From assembly GCA_047495785.1 (NCBI GenBank), contig JBLDXI010000017.1, positions 682,001 through 746,000 of the forward strand: 64,000 bases of DNA. The letters run 5' to 3'. Position 1 is the stretch's first letter; every line of letters begins with the position of its first letter. Source of the stretch: Lepidodermella squamata (Eukaryota; Animalia; Gastrotricha). A program made the translations under genes and the position numbers. This document shows, in pieces, positions 35,307 through 48,470 of this stretch. The notes under the pieces were generated by a model. The model was not told the origin of the DNA, did no database searches, and worked only from the letters and a program-made list of their open reading frames with translations.

Positions 35307-37538
35307 CTAATCAATTTGGTAATTATTTTTCTTCAACATCGCCAGAACAGATTCGTATGACTCTTCGCGAATTCCGTTGGTACCAGTGTAGTTCTGAGGC
35401 CTTCTCAATCGCTTACCAACCGTCCTCACTCGATTAATGAAGTAATCCAAGGTCAGCATTGAGTCGTAGGGCGAATCTCCGAACGTGATAGCCGTCTCAC
35501 TGGGGCCTTCAAAGCCCTCCTGATATGGGTACTTATCATACGTGTAAATCCAATCCTTAGTGCTAGTTGAACCAGGTAGAAGAATCGTCCAGGGTGAGAA
35601 GTTATTGAACCTCTGCCGGCCTCTACTGTCCAGGGTGTTCTCAACACGAATTCCTATCGTCTCTAAGCACCTGCCCAACTCAATGTCAGCCGTGTAGTCT
35701 GAATAACCAGGCGAGCAGAGGTACGAGTCGTAAAATGAGCGTTCGTTCAATCTTTTGATGGCAGCTCGAGATAGAACGAACCCAGCGTCGAAACTAGCGT
35801 AACTTTTCGGAGCAGAGCCATCGGTGTAAGATTTTCGCCATTCTTCATCGTGAGGGGCAAATTCACGGCCGATGTACAGCGCTTGTTTAGGGCTGTAATT
35901 GGCCTGGTACAGGAACCAGCGTAAATTTTCCATGATAACGTAAGTTGAGTCATGGGCGTATAGGATGTAGTCGTAATCTTTGTAGATGCTGCTGTTGTAG
36001 AGCCATTCTATGGTAGGCCGAGTGCAGTGCCAATTGTTGATAGTTTTAGACGGGCAGAACGCTTTCGCTCCTAGCTCCTCGGCCTCCTTGTCAGAAGAGA
36101 ACATCAACCCTGAAAAATCAGGCAAAAAAGTCAAATTAATAAAACCAAACCAGACATTTCTGTAGGGTGACTACAACAACAGGGAAGTTATTTAATTTCC
36201 ACTCAACTTTTCAAATTTCAATTAAACACCCTAAATTTGAGGCTGGTTTCTTGAGTTGAGCGTCTTTCTTATAGCATTTCAATTTTTGTGATAATGATTC
36301 CCAATTGAAGGACTATTTTAGGTCGGCAAATATACGCGTTATAATTCAGCATGCAGAGCCGATATCGATTCCAAATATCGATTTTACAAATCAGTGATTT
36401 TTCCGTTATCAACAAGCTTGGAATCCCACAAATTTTCTACTCAACTGAGGGTGCCAGGTAAGTATAATAAAAAACGTAGGGAAAATCTTATGGCGGTACC
36501 AAATTTCATTTAATGCATTACCTAACCACTTTTTTCGGTTATTTAACTGGTTAGGTTTAGAGGGTTAAAGGCTGGGGCTTGAAATTGGGGATTTTGTACT
36601 GATTTGAATAATTTGGTACTGAATTCAATAATTCGAAAATGAATTCAAAAGTTCAATAGTTTGGTAATGAATTCGCAATATCCCAAATATAGGGTTCATC
36701 ATTATCGATAAAGAAAGGACAAGGATTCGAGATCAGAAAAATCGGAAAGTAAAAGCCAGGAAGCATCAATTTAGAGCTGAATTCTAAATTCTAGAGGTTC
36801 GACGAATAATAGTAATAGGTAACAGGGAAAAATGAATAATTTATCTGATGATATAATTTTTTTACAAAATTGATTTGGGTCTTAAATTCTGGAATTTTCC
36901 ATGGGCCTAAAACGACTTTTCGAACCTCTCGAGGATGTCACAATTGATCAGCATAATTTAAAATAAATCATCATTAACATCAGCGTAGAATTCTGTATAG
37001 GACGAATCCATCACTATAGAATCATGCGTTGCCATAATTTCGTAGAAATATTCGAAAAGCGACCTTTTCCTTATCTAAAATTAGGTTCCGCAACAGGAAA
37101 ATTTGGTTACGCTAAAAGATATTCTGAATTAATTTTACCATCGCATTTTCGCCCCCAAGTTTGTTTAACAATAGGAATGTTCCCCCATTGATACTCAGCA
37201 GAGGTCTCGACAACGCAGAAAATTTTCGCTGAATTTCGCAAAGTTTCAGCAAAGTCGTCCGTTGCATCGAGCAGCACCTCAATGTCAGTTTCCAGAACCC
37301 CGTGATGCCATCGAGTAGCTTTTTCAATGACAGCACGGTAGAAACTGTCGGCGCTTTCCAGCGCGGACGCCGCGAAAGCGGATGATGAAGACATTTTCGC
37401 GAGTAATGTTTTCGCCTCGCTCCTGAACTCCTCAAAATCGGGAGCTACATTGTTCGGCAGAGCTCGATAAGTTAGCCTGAGGCAAGCGCCGAGAAGTAAC
37501 CAAACAATACCCGATCGAAGCGATATCATGTGGCCCAT
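35307..37538 (-). CDS. C1GALT1-like 4 lacking the DxD motif, probable pseudoenzyme (exons 37538-37139, 36109-35307)
   Basis: TWGRKC, YILYAHDSTYVIMENLR, DIELGRCL, GRQRF. The ORF is intact but DDD, CC and FHY are lost. Confidence 0.85.
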
Positions 37539-37678
37539 TATTTTAGCAAAAAAATATCTAAAAATTTACAAAATATAAACATGAATTTTCAATGATAAAT
37601 TATTCTTCATTTTATTTCAGGAATTTTACTAAAATTGATTTTTTCAGCAGCTTCTAAATGGCCCAATAATTTTTTAAT

Positions 37679-39495
37679 CTACTCGAAGTTTTCCAGATTG
37701 AAATCAGCATCAACACCGGCAATTTTAAGCCTGTAAACCAGGTAATCTATCATAGGCTGATTTTCTCTCGCAACGTAATGAAACCTGAAGAATTGGAAAA
37801 ATCAACTCGTAAATTTAAAATTTAAATATAAATTACGTCACAGCAACATCTGAGCAGCAACCCTCGCCGTCTACGTATGGATACTTGTCCCAAGTAATGA
37901 TCGGATGACCGTTCATCGCGCCTGGTGTCAGTAAAGCCCAGGGTGCCTCGAAGAGAAATCGTTGACGCCCGATGCGGTCGCGAGAATCGGTCATAGGAAT
38001 TCCGATAGACTCACAGCACATGCCAAATGCAACGTCTAGAAAAATAGCACAAAATCAGCTATTCCGAGAAATATGCGCGCTGTGTCCGAAACTAGGTCAA
38101 GAGACATACCTTCGCATTTTTCAAATGTTGGAGGCACGCACTTGGAAAAATTTGTGTATGACGTAGTGATGATTAGATCAAGCGCTCGACGGGATACCGC
38201 ATAGCCCTGAATAAAGGCAAAATTATTTGAAATTGTTGCTTAGCTCGTCACCCTTCGTGCACTTAATTTTCCCACGGTTCTCACGGTAGAATCCTGTCTC
38301 CCCTGGAATCGCGATTTTTTCGAATATTAATCGAATACCGAATATCTATACCGAGAAACCGGTAGTTTCAGGATACCAGGGCCATAGGGACATAATTATC
38401 AATCAAAAATAGGAAAGGCCATATTTCAAGGAACAGCGTGTCCCAGAAGTTGCGCAAAATTAGTTTTTAATTTGGGAGCCTTTTGTAGGTTCAAAAAAGT
38501 TCATTTTTATTTTATTTAATCTATCTAGAGAAAATACCATAACTCAACCACGATTCAACCAATAAAACCACAAATATACAGGAGAGAACCCGAAAAACCC
38601 CGATGGTAATTGTTTCGGTAATTTTCTGTATTTTACCCGGATGGACCATATTTCTCCGGATTTTTTGTTGAGAAGATTACTTGATTACTTCGTATATTCT
38701 TATGATTTTTTGAATTTTTCTAACAATTTTCTGAACCCCTTTTTATGTATTTCCTTACCATAGAGATGAGATTAATTTATTGTGCCATTTATTGGACAGG
38801 ATGTAGTGGGGCAAATGTTCAGACTCTGTTTTTTCAGATTTTTGTTTCCGACTCACCGAGCCTCCCATTGGGAAGTTTTGCGTATCATTCCACGTTTCAT
38901 TATAGAAATGGCGGCCGAAGAACCACGGCTCATTCGCGTCGTAGTGCCCCAGTAAAAACTTGAAATTCTCCAACAGCACGAACGTATCATCATCACCCTT
39001 GAAGAACCAATCGAAACTGTTCAAATAGTACGTATGAGCCCATTTGAACGCCGGCCTAACTTTCGACCACACATGCACCCAGTCGTTGAATTCTTCGCCC
39101 GCTGAAAAATTCCGCGCCGGCAGCCCGAAATCCTCAGCGTCGGAGACGAACACAAACTCGGTGCATTTTCGAGCCCACGAATGAGCGACTAATCTAGCTC
39201 GTTGTTCGTGGTATTTCTGGGTCGATAAAATCAGGCATAGAATTCGAACTGATTTGTCGAGCAGATGAACAACATTTCGATCGCCTCTGATTATTGCGCC
39301 TTTTTTCGAAGAGTTTCGGTACGACGGTTTGATGATTTTGATTGATTCGAATTCCGTAGCATTTAACTGAAACTGTTCGATTTGGTCTGCTTGGTTTGAG
39401 CTCGATGGAATAAATATGTCGACCAAATAATTGCCGACGATGAATAAAAAAAATGCCTGAAGTGCTAACGATGCAAAATTTCCGGCCCGGGGCAT
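37679..39495 (-). CDS. C1GALT1: C1GALT1-like 5 (4 exons)
   Basis: SWARKC, DWFFKGDDDTFVLLEN, MGGS|GYAVSR, CEDVAFGMC, GRQRF, CCSDVAVT|FHY. Confidence 0.9.
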
Positions 39496-40220
39496 TTTAA
39501 TAAACTTCAACAAAATATCTATGAAAATTCGAAGTTGTATTAGCTTTTTTAATAGTTGGTTAATTATTTCTCTGATTAGTTATGTATTTTTATGATTAAT
39601 TATCCAAGAAAAAATCATCCGCGTCGACTCCTGCTAGATTCAAACGACGGGCCGCGTTTTCGATATACATCTGATGTTTTCCCCGCACGTAGTGAAACCT
39701 GCAAATAAATTATTCTCAAAAGTTTGAACAATATAAAATTAATTAATAAAATTGGCTTATTTAGAAAAGGTTTTCAATGGGGGGAATTTTATTATATTAT
39801 TTTGATTAATTATTGGAAGCCGTTCAATTTAGAAATGTAGAAATGTAAAACTACATTCCTACATTTTTTGAACCTGCCAACTTTTACCACGTACCCTCAC
39901 TTGCGCATTTATTTCGAAATCACAAAGATATTTGACTGTTTCAAAGCCGCCGAGCCAAATTATTATTGATAATTTATTTATAATTGTAAAAATGTAATGG
40001 CATTTTCTTGCGACACCGCTCGATCCTTCACCGGGGCCTGGAAAATGATTGAATTCAACAACTAAACCAATTGATCTTGAACAACTAAACGCGACCAGAT
40101 TTTTCTGCAAATATTTTTCATTTCTAAAAGTAAAAATATTGGCTCAAGCTTCTCAAGCTTATGAAGAGGCAATCAATTTTACTGTTCTCTTGAGCGATTC
40201 TCCCCGCTTCGATGGGCATA

Positions 40221-40852
40221 CCGTCATTCGGGGCTATCGCAGGATACGGGGCTATTCGGTAAAAAGTTTGTTCAATTAGCAGAATTAAGCTTACTCAAAA
40301 CCTATAAAGTCAAAGTCGATAAATGTTTGCAGGGAGCTACCTCGATAGATGACACTTATTCTATCAAAAGTAAGAGTTCAAAGAGTAAACGATTCTGAAG
40401 CTGCAGACTTTCAGGTGGAAGTTTAACTCAAGAAAACCCCTGTGTTGCATTGAATTACCTGGACCGGAATAGATCATTGCGAGGCTCTGGACCAATTTCT
40501 TCTGAATCTACGGACGCTTAGGACCTTTTGAAAATTTGAAACCCCCCGATCCGATGCATACTTCTGTCAAATTAATTGAAACCGAATAGCCCCATCGAAA
40601 AGCGAAGTTGAAGGGTAATTCGTTTAACATGATTGAATATTCTAATGAGCTGGGTTTTTGGTATGTTTCTCGGTAAATTACACAGACTTTGAATTTAAGA
40701 TGCTTGATAAACTTGGAATAAAGCTTTATCGGGTCAATAATAGCTATTCGGAATACGGGTGCCATTCGAATCAGGAACCTTGGAAACGTGTAAAAATACG
40801 AAAAAACCAGGGGGTCATTTTTTGACGCCAACCGAGTAACTCCAAATGACGG
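40221..40852. mobile_element. TA-flanked non-autonomous DNA transposon related to 44972-46010
   Basis: TA|CCGTCATT...AATGACGG|TA; right end is homologous to 45926-46010. Confidence 0.7.
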
Positions 40853-40914
40853 TACATACTCTGAACAAACTTCCAGCGTCTACATCGGTCAATACGGTCT
40901 AAAAAATTGAGATA

Positions 40915-41413
40915 CAGTGCAACTTAGTTATAACGAACCACCACCGTGCCAGATCAAACAGTTCCTTATAAGGAAAGTTCGTTAAACGTTAAAGCAAAGG
41001 CTGAAGTTCTGAAATTGTCACCAGTCACCACCCAAATCCGATTCATTGATATTCGAAGAGTAAGACTCCGCCGAAGATTCTTCATAGGACGAGTATCGGG
41101 TTCCTCAATCTCTAGTTTTTGCTCTTTTCGCAGGCATTGAATCAAAAAATGATTCGTTGGAAGAAAATTTAGGGCTTTTCCGTGAAGGCGCTACGTGTTA
41201 CAGGCCCAAAAATACCGAGTTTGTTATAGCAAATGTGTCCTACGGGTGTTTTGCCGCAGCGGCGCCAGCTCAAAACGTTCGTTATAGACAAAAGTTCGCT
41301 ATAGCTAAGGTTATTTACATGCAAAAATGCATATGTTGGAACGAGCCAGCCAAAATCGTTCGTTATAACAAAAGTTCGCTATAACACCGGTTCGTTATAT
41401 CTAAGTTGCACTG
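40915..41413. mobile_element. pogo/Tigger-type MITE
   Basis: TA|CAGTGCAACTTAG.TATAACGAACC ... GGTTCGTTATA.CTAAGTTGCACTG|TA. Confidence 0.85.
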
Positions 41414-41738
41414 TAGTTGTTCAGACATTTGGCCATCTGAAATTGCGTTTTTTGAAAGCCCAAACCATTTTATAAAAATGTTCATAATGATGTGGCTCAG
41501 CGACAGCTGAACAGCAATAAAATCGAATTATTTTGAAGTAAATGCGCTTGTGAGGTACCCAAAATTATTAGGGTAGCAGAATTGTATTAGGATAAAGACT
41601 CACGTTAAATTGTACGGCAAAGCGCGATAAGTTAGCCAGATGCAAGCGCCGAGTAGGAACCAGAAAATACCAGATCGAACCGATATCAAATGCCCCATTA
41701 TTTCAGAAAAATATCAAAAAATGCAAAATAGACTTGAA

Positions 41739-41870
41739 TGGTGAAATGTCAACTCGTCCAGCGACAACTCATCCGAAATGACATAGATATTTGAATAATT
41801 ATTTTAGTGATAACTTATCCAGTAACAACCGGTCCTGCCCGGCCGAGTTGTCGCGGATGAGTTGACGCCC
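41739..41870. mobile_element. Small MITE-like palindrome (second copy ~46619-46810)
   Basis: GTCAACTCGTCC...GGATGAGTTGAC inverted ends; present in both duplicated units. Confidence 0.55.
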
Positions 41871-41940
41871 CACGACTGATTTTTATGAGGATTTTACTAA
41901 TTAGTTTCAGCAGCTTCTAAATGGCCCAATAATTCTACTT

Positions 41941-44480
41941 CTATTCGAGGTTTTGCAGACTGAAATCAGCATCAACACCGGCAACTTTGAACCTGTAGAC
42001 CAGGTAGTCAATGATAGGCTGATTTTTTCCCGGAACGTAGTGAAACCTGAAAAATTGGAAAAATCAACAAATAAATTTTAAATGTAAATACTGTACGTCA
42101 CGGCAACATCGGAGCAACAACCCTCGCCGTCTACGTATGGATACTTGTCCCAAGTTATGATCGTATGACCCTCCATCGCGCCCGGTGTCAGCAATTTCCA
42201 AGGTGCCTCGAAGAGAAATCGTTGACGCCCGATGCGGTCTCGAGAATCCTTCATGGGAATTCCGATAGACTCACAGCACATGCCAAATGCAACGTCTAGA
42301 AAAATAGCACAAAATCAGCGCATTCCGATAAATATGCGCGCGTTGTCCGAAACTAGATCAAGAGACATACCTTCGCATTTTTCAAATGTTGGGGGCACGC
42401 ACTTGGAAAAATTTGTGTAAGACGTAGTGATGATAAGATCAAGCGCTCGACGCGATACCGCATAGCCCTGAATAATGGCATTATTTAAATTCATTTAATT
42501 AGTTTGCCACGAAATTCTTGCACTAAATTTTCCCACGGTTCCCACGGCAGAATAACGTCTACCCTGGAATCGAATATCGAATGCCAATAGATCTCAATTA
42601 ATTAATCAAGGCCAATTTAAAAGTGGAGCCGATATCGACTGCAGTATCGATTTTACAAACAATCTATTTTCCGATATCTTAAAAGCTGGTAGTTAATAAA
42701 ATACCGGGGCCATCGGGACATAATACGAAAATGGTAGCACAAAAATAACAAAATACGGTAGCGCTACGGCAGAGCTACGGCGAGTGCTATTTCAGTGCTC
42801 GATTTTCACGAAATTCCGTAGGATATGCCTGCATAAGAGGTAGGCTACCTGAAAACAAGTCAAAAACTGAAAAACACAATGAGGGTAGAAAACTTTCCAC
42901 AATTCAGCATGTATCCAGCCGAGTATCATCGGCTGAATGTATATCGGATGTTTCCCAAGTTTAAGGTGCGCTAAAAACAAAGGGCAATGATATTCGCACA
43001 AAGAAAAAGTCTCATAGAAAATCATTGATAACGTGACTCGGGAAGGTGAGTCTCCAGAACCCGTCAAATCAGGCTGGAAACTAAACTCTAAAATCAGCCA
43101 AAACGCTATGTTATAGGGAACTTTGGGAACCCAGGGTGACCAGGTGGTGAGAGGCGGGCGGGTTCCAGGGTATGCAAGTAACAGCTGGGATCCTCGAGAA
43201 CCCAGGGAATAGGGAGCACTGCATTATTCCGTGTTTTGAAACCTCTAACACGTGACCTACAAGAAAACTGCTATCTGTTGCAGTTACCTGGTTTTTTATC
43301 ACCGTTCAGGTGACCCTTCATGTCCCGCTAATATTTAGGTAATTGGCCAATGCGAGTCCTTGATTTATGCTATGCTGTTTTGTTAGATTTCGCAAATTTC
43401 AATTCTGGGCGAATTTTCAAAATGCTGCGGTGCCGTAATGGCTCGCCGTAGCGGTAGCCGTAGCAGTGCCGTAGTTTGGGGTAGTAGTAGTACGGTGCGA
43501 GTGCTATCAAATTCGACATAATTATCGATAAAAAATAGGAAATGCCATTTTGCAAAGAATTGGAAAATTTAGTACTGGAACCTCGATTTTACAGCGTGTC
43601 CCAGAAGTTCCGCAAATTCATTTTTCGATTTGGGTGGACCCGGGTGGACCATGTTCCTCCAGACTTTTTTTAAACAAGTCACATACTTGATATTCTAACA
43701 TTCTTGTGAGCTTTTGAAATTTTCTAACAATTTTCTGAGCCCTTTTTCGTGTATTCTCTTTACTTGTGTTACTTATTGGGCACGCTGTAGTGGTGCAATT
43801 GTTCAGACTCTGTTTTTCTTTCGATTTTTGTTCCGACTCACCGAGCCTCCCATTGGGAAGTTTTGCGTATCGTTCCACGTTTCATTGAAGAAATGGCGGC
43901 CGAAGAACCACGGTTCATTTGCGTCGTAGTGCCCAAGTAAAAATTTAAAATTCTCCATCAGGACAAATGTATCATCGTCGCCTTTGAAGAACCAATCAAA
44001 ACTGTTCAAGTAATTCGTATGAGCCCATTGGAACGCCGGCCTAACTTTCGACCACACATGCACCCAGTCGTTGAATTCTTCGCCCGCTGAAAAATTGCGC
44101 GCTGGCAGGCCGAAATCCTCAGAGTCGGAGACGAACACAAACTCGGTGCATTTTCGAGCCCAAGAATGAGCGACCAATCTAGCTCGTTGTTCGTGGTATT
44201 TCTGGGTCGATAAAATCAGGCATAGAATTCGAACTGATTTGTCTAGCAGATGAACAACATTTCGATCGCCTCTGATTATTTCGCCCTTTTTCGAAGAGTT
44301 TCTGTACGACGGTTTGATGATTTTGATCGATTCGAATTCGGTAGCATTTAACTGAAACTGTTCGATTTGGTCAGCTGGGTTTGAGCTCGATGGAATGAAT
44401 ATGTTGACCAAATAATTGCCGACGATGAATAAAAAGAATGCTTGAAGCGCTAGTGATGCAAAATTGCTGGCCAGGGGCAT
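41941..44480 (-). CDS. C1GALT1: C1GALT1-like 6 (4 exons), recent duplicate of gene 5
   Basis: Exon 1 is nearly identical to gene 5; same splice positions; DDD retained. Confidence 0.9.
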
Positions 44481-45367
44481 TTTAATAAACTTCAACAAAA
44501 TATCTATGAAAATTCGAAGTTGTATTAGCTTTTTTAATAGTTGGTTAATTATTTCTCTGATTAGTTATGTATTTTTATGATTAATTATCCAAGAAAAAAT
44601 CATCCGCGTCGACTCCTGCTAGATTCAAACGACGGGCCATGAAACCTGAAAAAAAAATTATAAATTATTCCAACAATTGAAAATGAATTTAGCTTTTAAC
44701 TTAGTATAAAATTGGTTTATTTAGAAATAGGTTATCAATGGTGTGGATTAGATTAAATAATGATTTTGAGAAATTACCATAATGGGCCGAAAATTTAGAC
44801 ACCCTAAATTTGGACACTTCGGGCTTTTGCCCTGAATATCAACTTTTTCCCAACCTGATAAAAATCGGAAAATGTCACTGGAAAATAGCTCACTTCATAG
44901 GCTTTCCAGCGATATCAAATTTGCCGATACCTCAATACACTATCGACTTGCGAAAAATCGCCGAAGCACTACCGTCATTTGGGGCAAAATGAACCTTTGG
45001 GGCTAATTGGCCAAAAATTGAGGTTTTCACATTTTTATCGATAGCTCAAAAACTACAAGGTAAAACTTCACAAAAATTTACGGGGACGATTATCAACAAG
45101 CCTTTTACAAGTCTGTAAATTTTCAGCCAGGTATGTCCCGAAATGAGGTCACAGCATGTTGTTGCACAGAGGTGAGTTTAGGGAGGTAAAAATGACCCCT
45201 CTAAATTGAATTACCTGGAGCCAATCACGAGGTTTGATGATCAGATGAAATTTTTTCCTTCGACCATCATCGTCGTAGATCACAGCAAAAAAAAGCGCGA
45301 CCCCAGGCGATGCACAGGTATGGCTAGGTGATTGTGGCCAAATTACCCCATGGAAAACTCAATGATG

Positions 45368-45868
45368 GGGGCTAATTGGCCACCCTTATCCTTATAACGG
45401 GTTTTTAATGTTTGATGATTGTGAGGGTTGAATGGTCGAGTGGTTGTGATGCGTCATCAGAACTTGAGTGATCTGATGAGCGACGGTTCGAATCCTCATA
45501 ATGCAGCATTTTTTTGCTCCGCATTTAATTTTTAAAATTTTTTGTTTTAATTGTCCATTTTAATTATTCCAATAACACCATGTATGCCGGACAATTTTTT
45601 TGTTCGGGAGACGTTTAAAAATTGCTCAGCAATAAAACTCTCAGAAAAAACCGAGAAACTAATTAAAAATTATTAAAATGGACAATTAAAACAAAAAAAA
45701 TTAAAAATTAAATGCGGAGCAAAAAAATGCTGCATTATGAGGATTCGAACCGTCGCTCATCAGATCACTCAAGTTCTGATGACGCATCACAACCACTCGA
45801 CCATTCAACCCTCACAATCATCAAACATTAAAAACCCGTTATAAGGATAAGGGTGGCCAATTAGCCCC
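45368..45868. repeat. Near-perfect inverted repeat, ~200-bp arms and ~100-bp spacer
   Basis: 45368-45566 is the reverse complement of ~45669-45868 with few differences. Confidence 0.95.
45426..45515 (+). ncRNA. tRNA-like Pol III unit (SINE-head/pseudo-tRNA); mirror copy on the - strand at ~45721-45811
   Basis: A box TGGTCGAGTGG (45433), B box GGTTCGAATCC (45485), hairpin TCATCAGA/TCTGATGA between them, T7 terminator. Acceptor and T stems pair poorly. Confidence 0.55.
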
Positions 45869-46903
45869 AAAACACCTGTCCAATTTGCCCCAAACCTGGG
45901 GCAAAATGAGCTTCCTATAAAATCGGAATCAGGACCCTTTGAAACGTGTAAAAATGCGAAAAAAACAGGAGGTCATTTTTTTCCCGCGGCCATTTTGCCC
46001 CAATTTACGGTATCACTCTCAGAAAGGTGTTTTGGGACCCCCTTGCCAAACACTCACCTGAGAACGGTTAGGGCTGAATTCATTTTTGATTTACCTAAGC
46101 TTAATGCGGTAAAAAAATCTCGGCAGTTGGGTGAGCCAATTTTACGATTTCATGATTCTAGCTAGAGAGCATAGTGGCTGATAATGAATCCGAATCCGAC
46201 GGCGCCGAGACGTCCAAATTTAGAGGTTTCATTACCTATTTTAAAAAAAAATCAAGTTGAGCTCCTAAATGCCCCAAAATTTACCTGCGGATCCGGATTC
46301 CACGGACGAAGGGTTGGCAATTTCTTTTAGATTTTTTGAATAAAACCACTTTTTTAAAACTCGTTTTGTCCAAAGTTAGGACCCATTACGGTAGAGTCAA
46401 ATTTAACAGAAAAATCTTTCAGCAAAATTAGTAAGCCGAAAATTATTAGGGTATCAGTATTAGTTTAGGAAAAAGACTCACGTTAAAATGTTCGGCAAAG
46501 CGCGATAAGTTATAGCCTGTTGTAAGCGCCGAGTAGGAACGAGACAATACCGAATCGAAGCGATATCAAGTGACCAATTATTTTAGAAAAATATCAAAAA
46601 ATGCAAAAATGACTAGGATGGTGAAATATCAACTCGTCCGCTACAACTCATCCGAAATTAAATACACATTTAAAGAACTAGTTTTAAACTCATCCGCTGA
46701 CAATTGGTCAGGCCCGGTCGAGTTGTCAATAAAGTGAAATTATTAATTATTTTTTAATTATTCAACTTTTCTGACAACTTTCGGGTGCATTTCGGATGAG
46801 TTGACGCCACAAGATATGAATTTCGAGGCGTAATTATTCTTGATTTTATGAGGATTTTACTAATTAATTTCAGCAGCTTCTGAATAGCACGATAACGTTT
46901 CGT

Positions 46904-48409
46904 CTACGCGAGGTTTTCCAGACTGAAATCAGCATCAACACCAGCAACTTTGAGCCTGTAAACCAGGTAGTCAATGATAGGCTGATTTTTCCCCGGAACG
47001 TAGTGAAACCTGAAAAATTTGAAAAATCAACCCATAAATTTAACATTTAAATTTAAATTACGTCACAGCAACATCGGAGCAGCAACCCTCGCCGTCTACG
47101 TATGGGTACTTCTCCCAAGTTATGATCGTATGACCCTCCATCGCGCCCGGTGTCAGCAATTTCCAAGGTGCCTCAAAGAGAAATCGTTGACGCCCGATGC
47201 GGTCTCGAGAATCGGTCATAGGAATTCCGATAGAATTACAGCACATTCCAAATGCAACATCTAGTATATTTTTAGAAAAATTTCCAAAATTAGGTCAAGA
47301 GACATACCTTCGCTTTTTTCAAATTCTGCAGGCCAACACTTGGAAAAATTTGTGTAGGACGTAGTGATGATTAGGTCAAGCGCTCGACGCGAAACCACAT
47401 AGCCCTGCACAATGGCATAATTATTAGCAATTTTTATTGGTTCGCCACCTTTCGTGCACTTAATTTTCCCACGGTTCCCAAGGTGGATTTCTTCTAATTT
47501 GAGGCTAACGAATATATCTAATAATTAATTGTATTTTGCGGTAAGCGAGGTAAATTTAAGGAAGATACTTCAGTATCGATTTTACAATTCAGTGATTTTT
47601 TTGATATCGCCGAAAGGTAACAATGAAATTTTCTACCAAGCTAATATAAAAAGGTCGATCCTTCGAGAGTTGCTATATCGAAAAATCACTGATATAGAAT
47701 CAATAAAAGGCCAAATTGCAAATAATCCGAAAATTTCGGAAATGTTCATAGCTTTTTTTATTATTTTTAATGGACTCACCGAGCCTCCCATTGGGAAGTT
47801 TTGCGTATCATTCCACGTTTCATTGTAGAAATGACGGCCGAAGAACCACGGCTCATTCGCATCGTAGTGCCCCAGTAAAAATTTGAAATTCTCCATCAGC
47901 ACGAATGTATCATCATCGCCTTTGAAAAACCAATCAAAACTGTTCAAATAATTCGTATGAGCCCATTGGAACGCCGGCCTAACTTTCGACCACACGTGAG
48001 CCCAGTCGTTGAACTTTTTTCCAGCTGAAAAATTCCGCGCGGGCAGGCCGAAATCTTCAGCGTCGGAGACGAACACAAATTCGGTGCATTTGCGAGCCCA
48101 CGAATGAGCGACTAATCTAGCTCGTTTTTTGTGGTATTTCTTGGTGGATAGAATCAGGCATAGAATTCGAACTGATTTGTCGAGTAGGTGTACAACATTT
48201 CGATCCCGCCCATCGCCGATTATTTCGCCTTTTTTCGAAGACGGCTTACTGATTTTGATCGATTCGAATTCGGTAGCGTTAAAGTGAACATTTTCGGCCT
48301 GGTCAGCATTCGAGCTCGATGGAACCAAAATGTCGACCAAATAATTGCCGACGATGAATAAGAGAAATGCTTGAAGTGCTAACGATGTAAAATTGCTGGC
48401 CCGGGGCAT
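46904..48409 (-). CDS. C1GALT1: C1GALT1-like 7 (4 exons)
   Basis: Paralog of genes 5 and 6 with the same exon structure; DWFFKGDDDTF. Confidence 0.9.
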
Positions 48410-48470
48410 TTTAATAAATTTTAATAAATCTAAGAAATTGAAATGCATGAATTTTAGGGTCTACATCATT

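Larger units (their letters stand above)
39596..41698 (-). other. Chimeric two-exon mini-ORF (gene-4 N-terminus fused to a gene-8-type last exon; exons 41698-41604, 39698-39596)
   Basis: ATG, GTGAGT donor and CAG acceptor are retained and in frame: MGHLISVRSGIFWFLLGACIWLTYRALPYNLTFHYVRGKHQMYIENAARRLNLAGVDADDFFLDN*. Confidence 0.55.
44972..46010. mobile_element. TA-flanked non-autonomous DNA transposon with an internal ~500-bp foldback
   Basis: TIR CCGTCATTTGGGGCAAAATG / CATTTTGCCCCAATTTACGG with TA on both sides. Confidence 0.8.

Noticed and set aside
42750-43500. Insertion in intron 1 of gene 6 with GCTACGGCGAG/CTCGCCGTAGC inverted motifs
   Set aside because: Probably a non-autonomous element, but the ends are too imprecise to annotate.
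45426-45515. Functional tRNA gene
   Set aside because: Acceptor and T stems do not pair and there is no 7-nt anticodon loop; kept only as tRNA-like.
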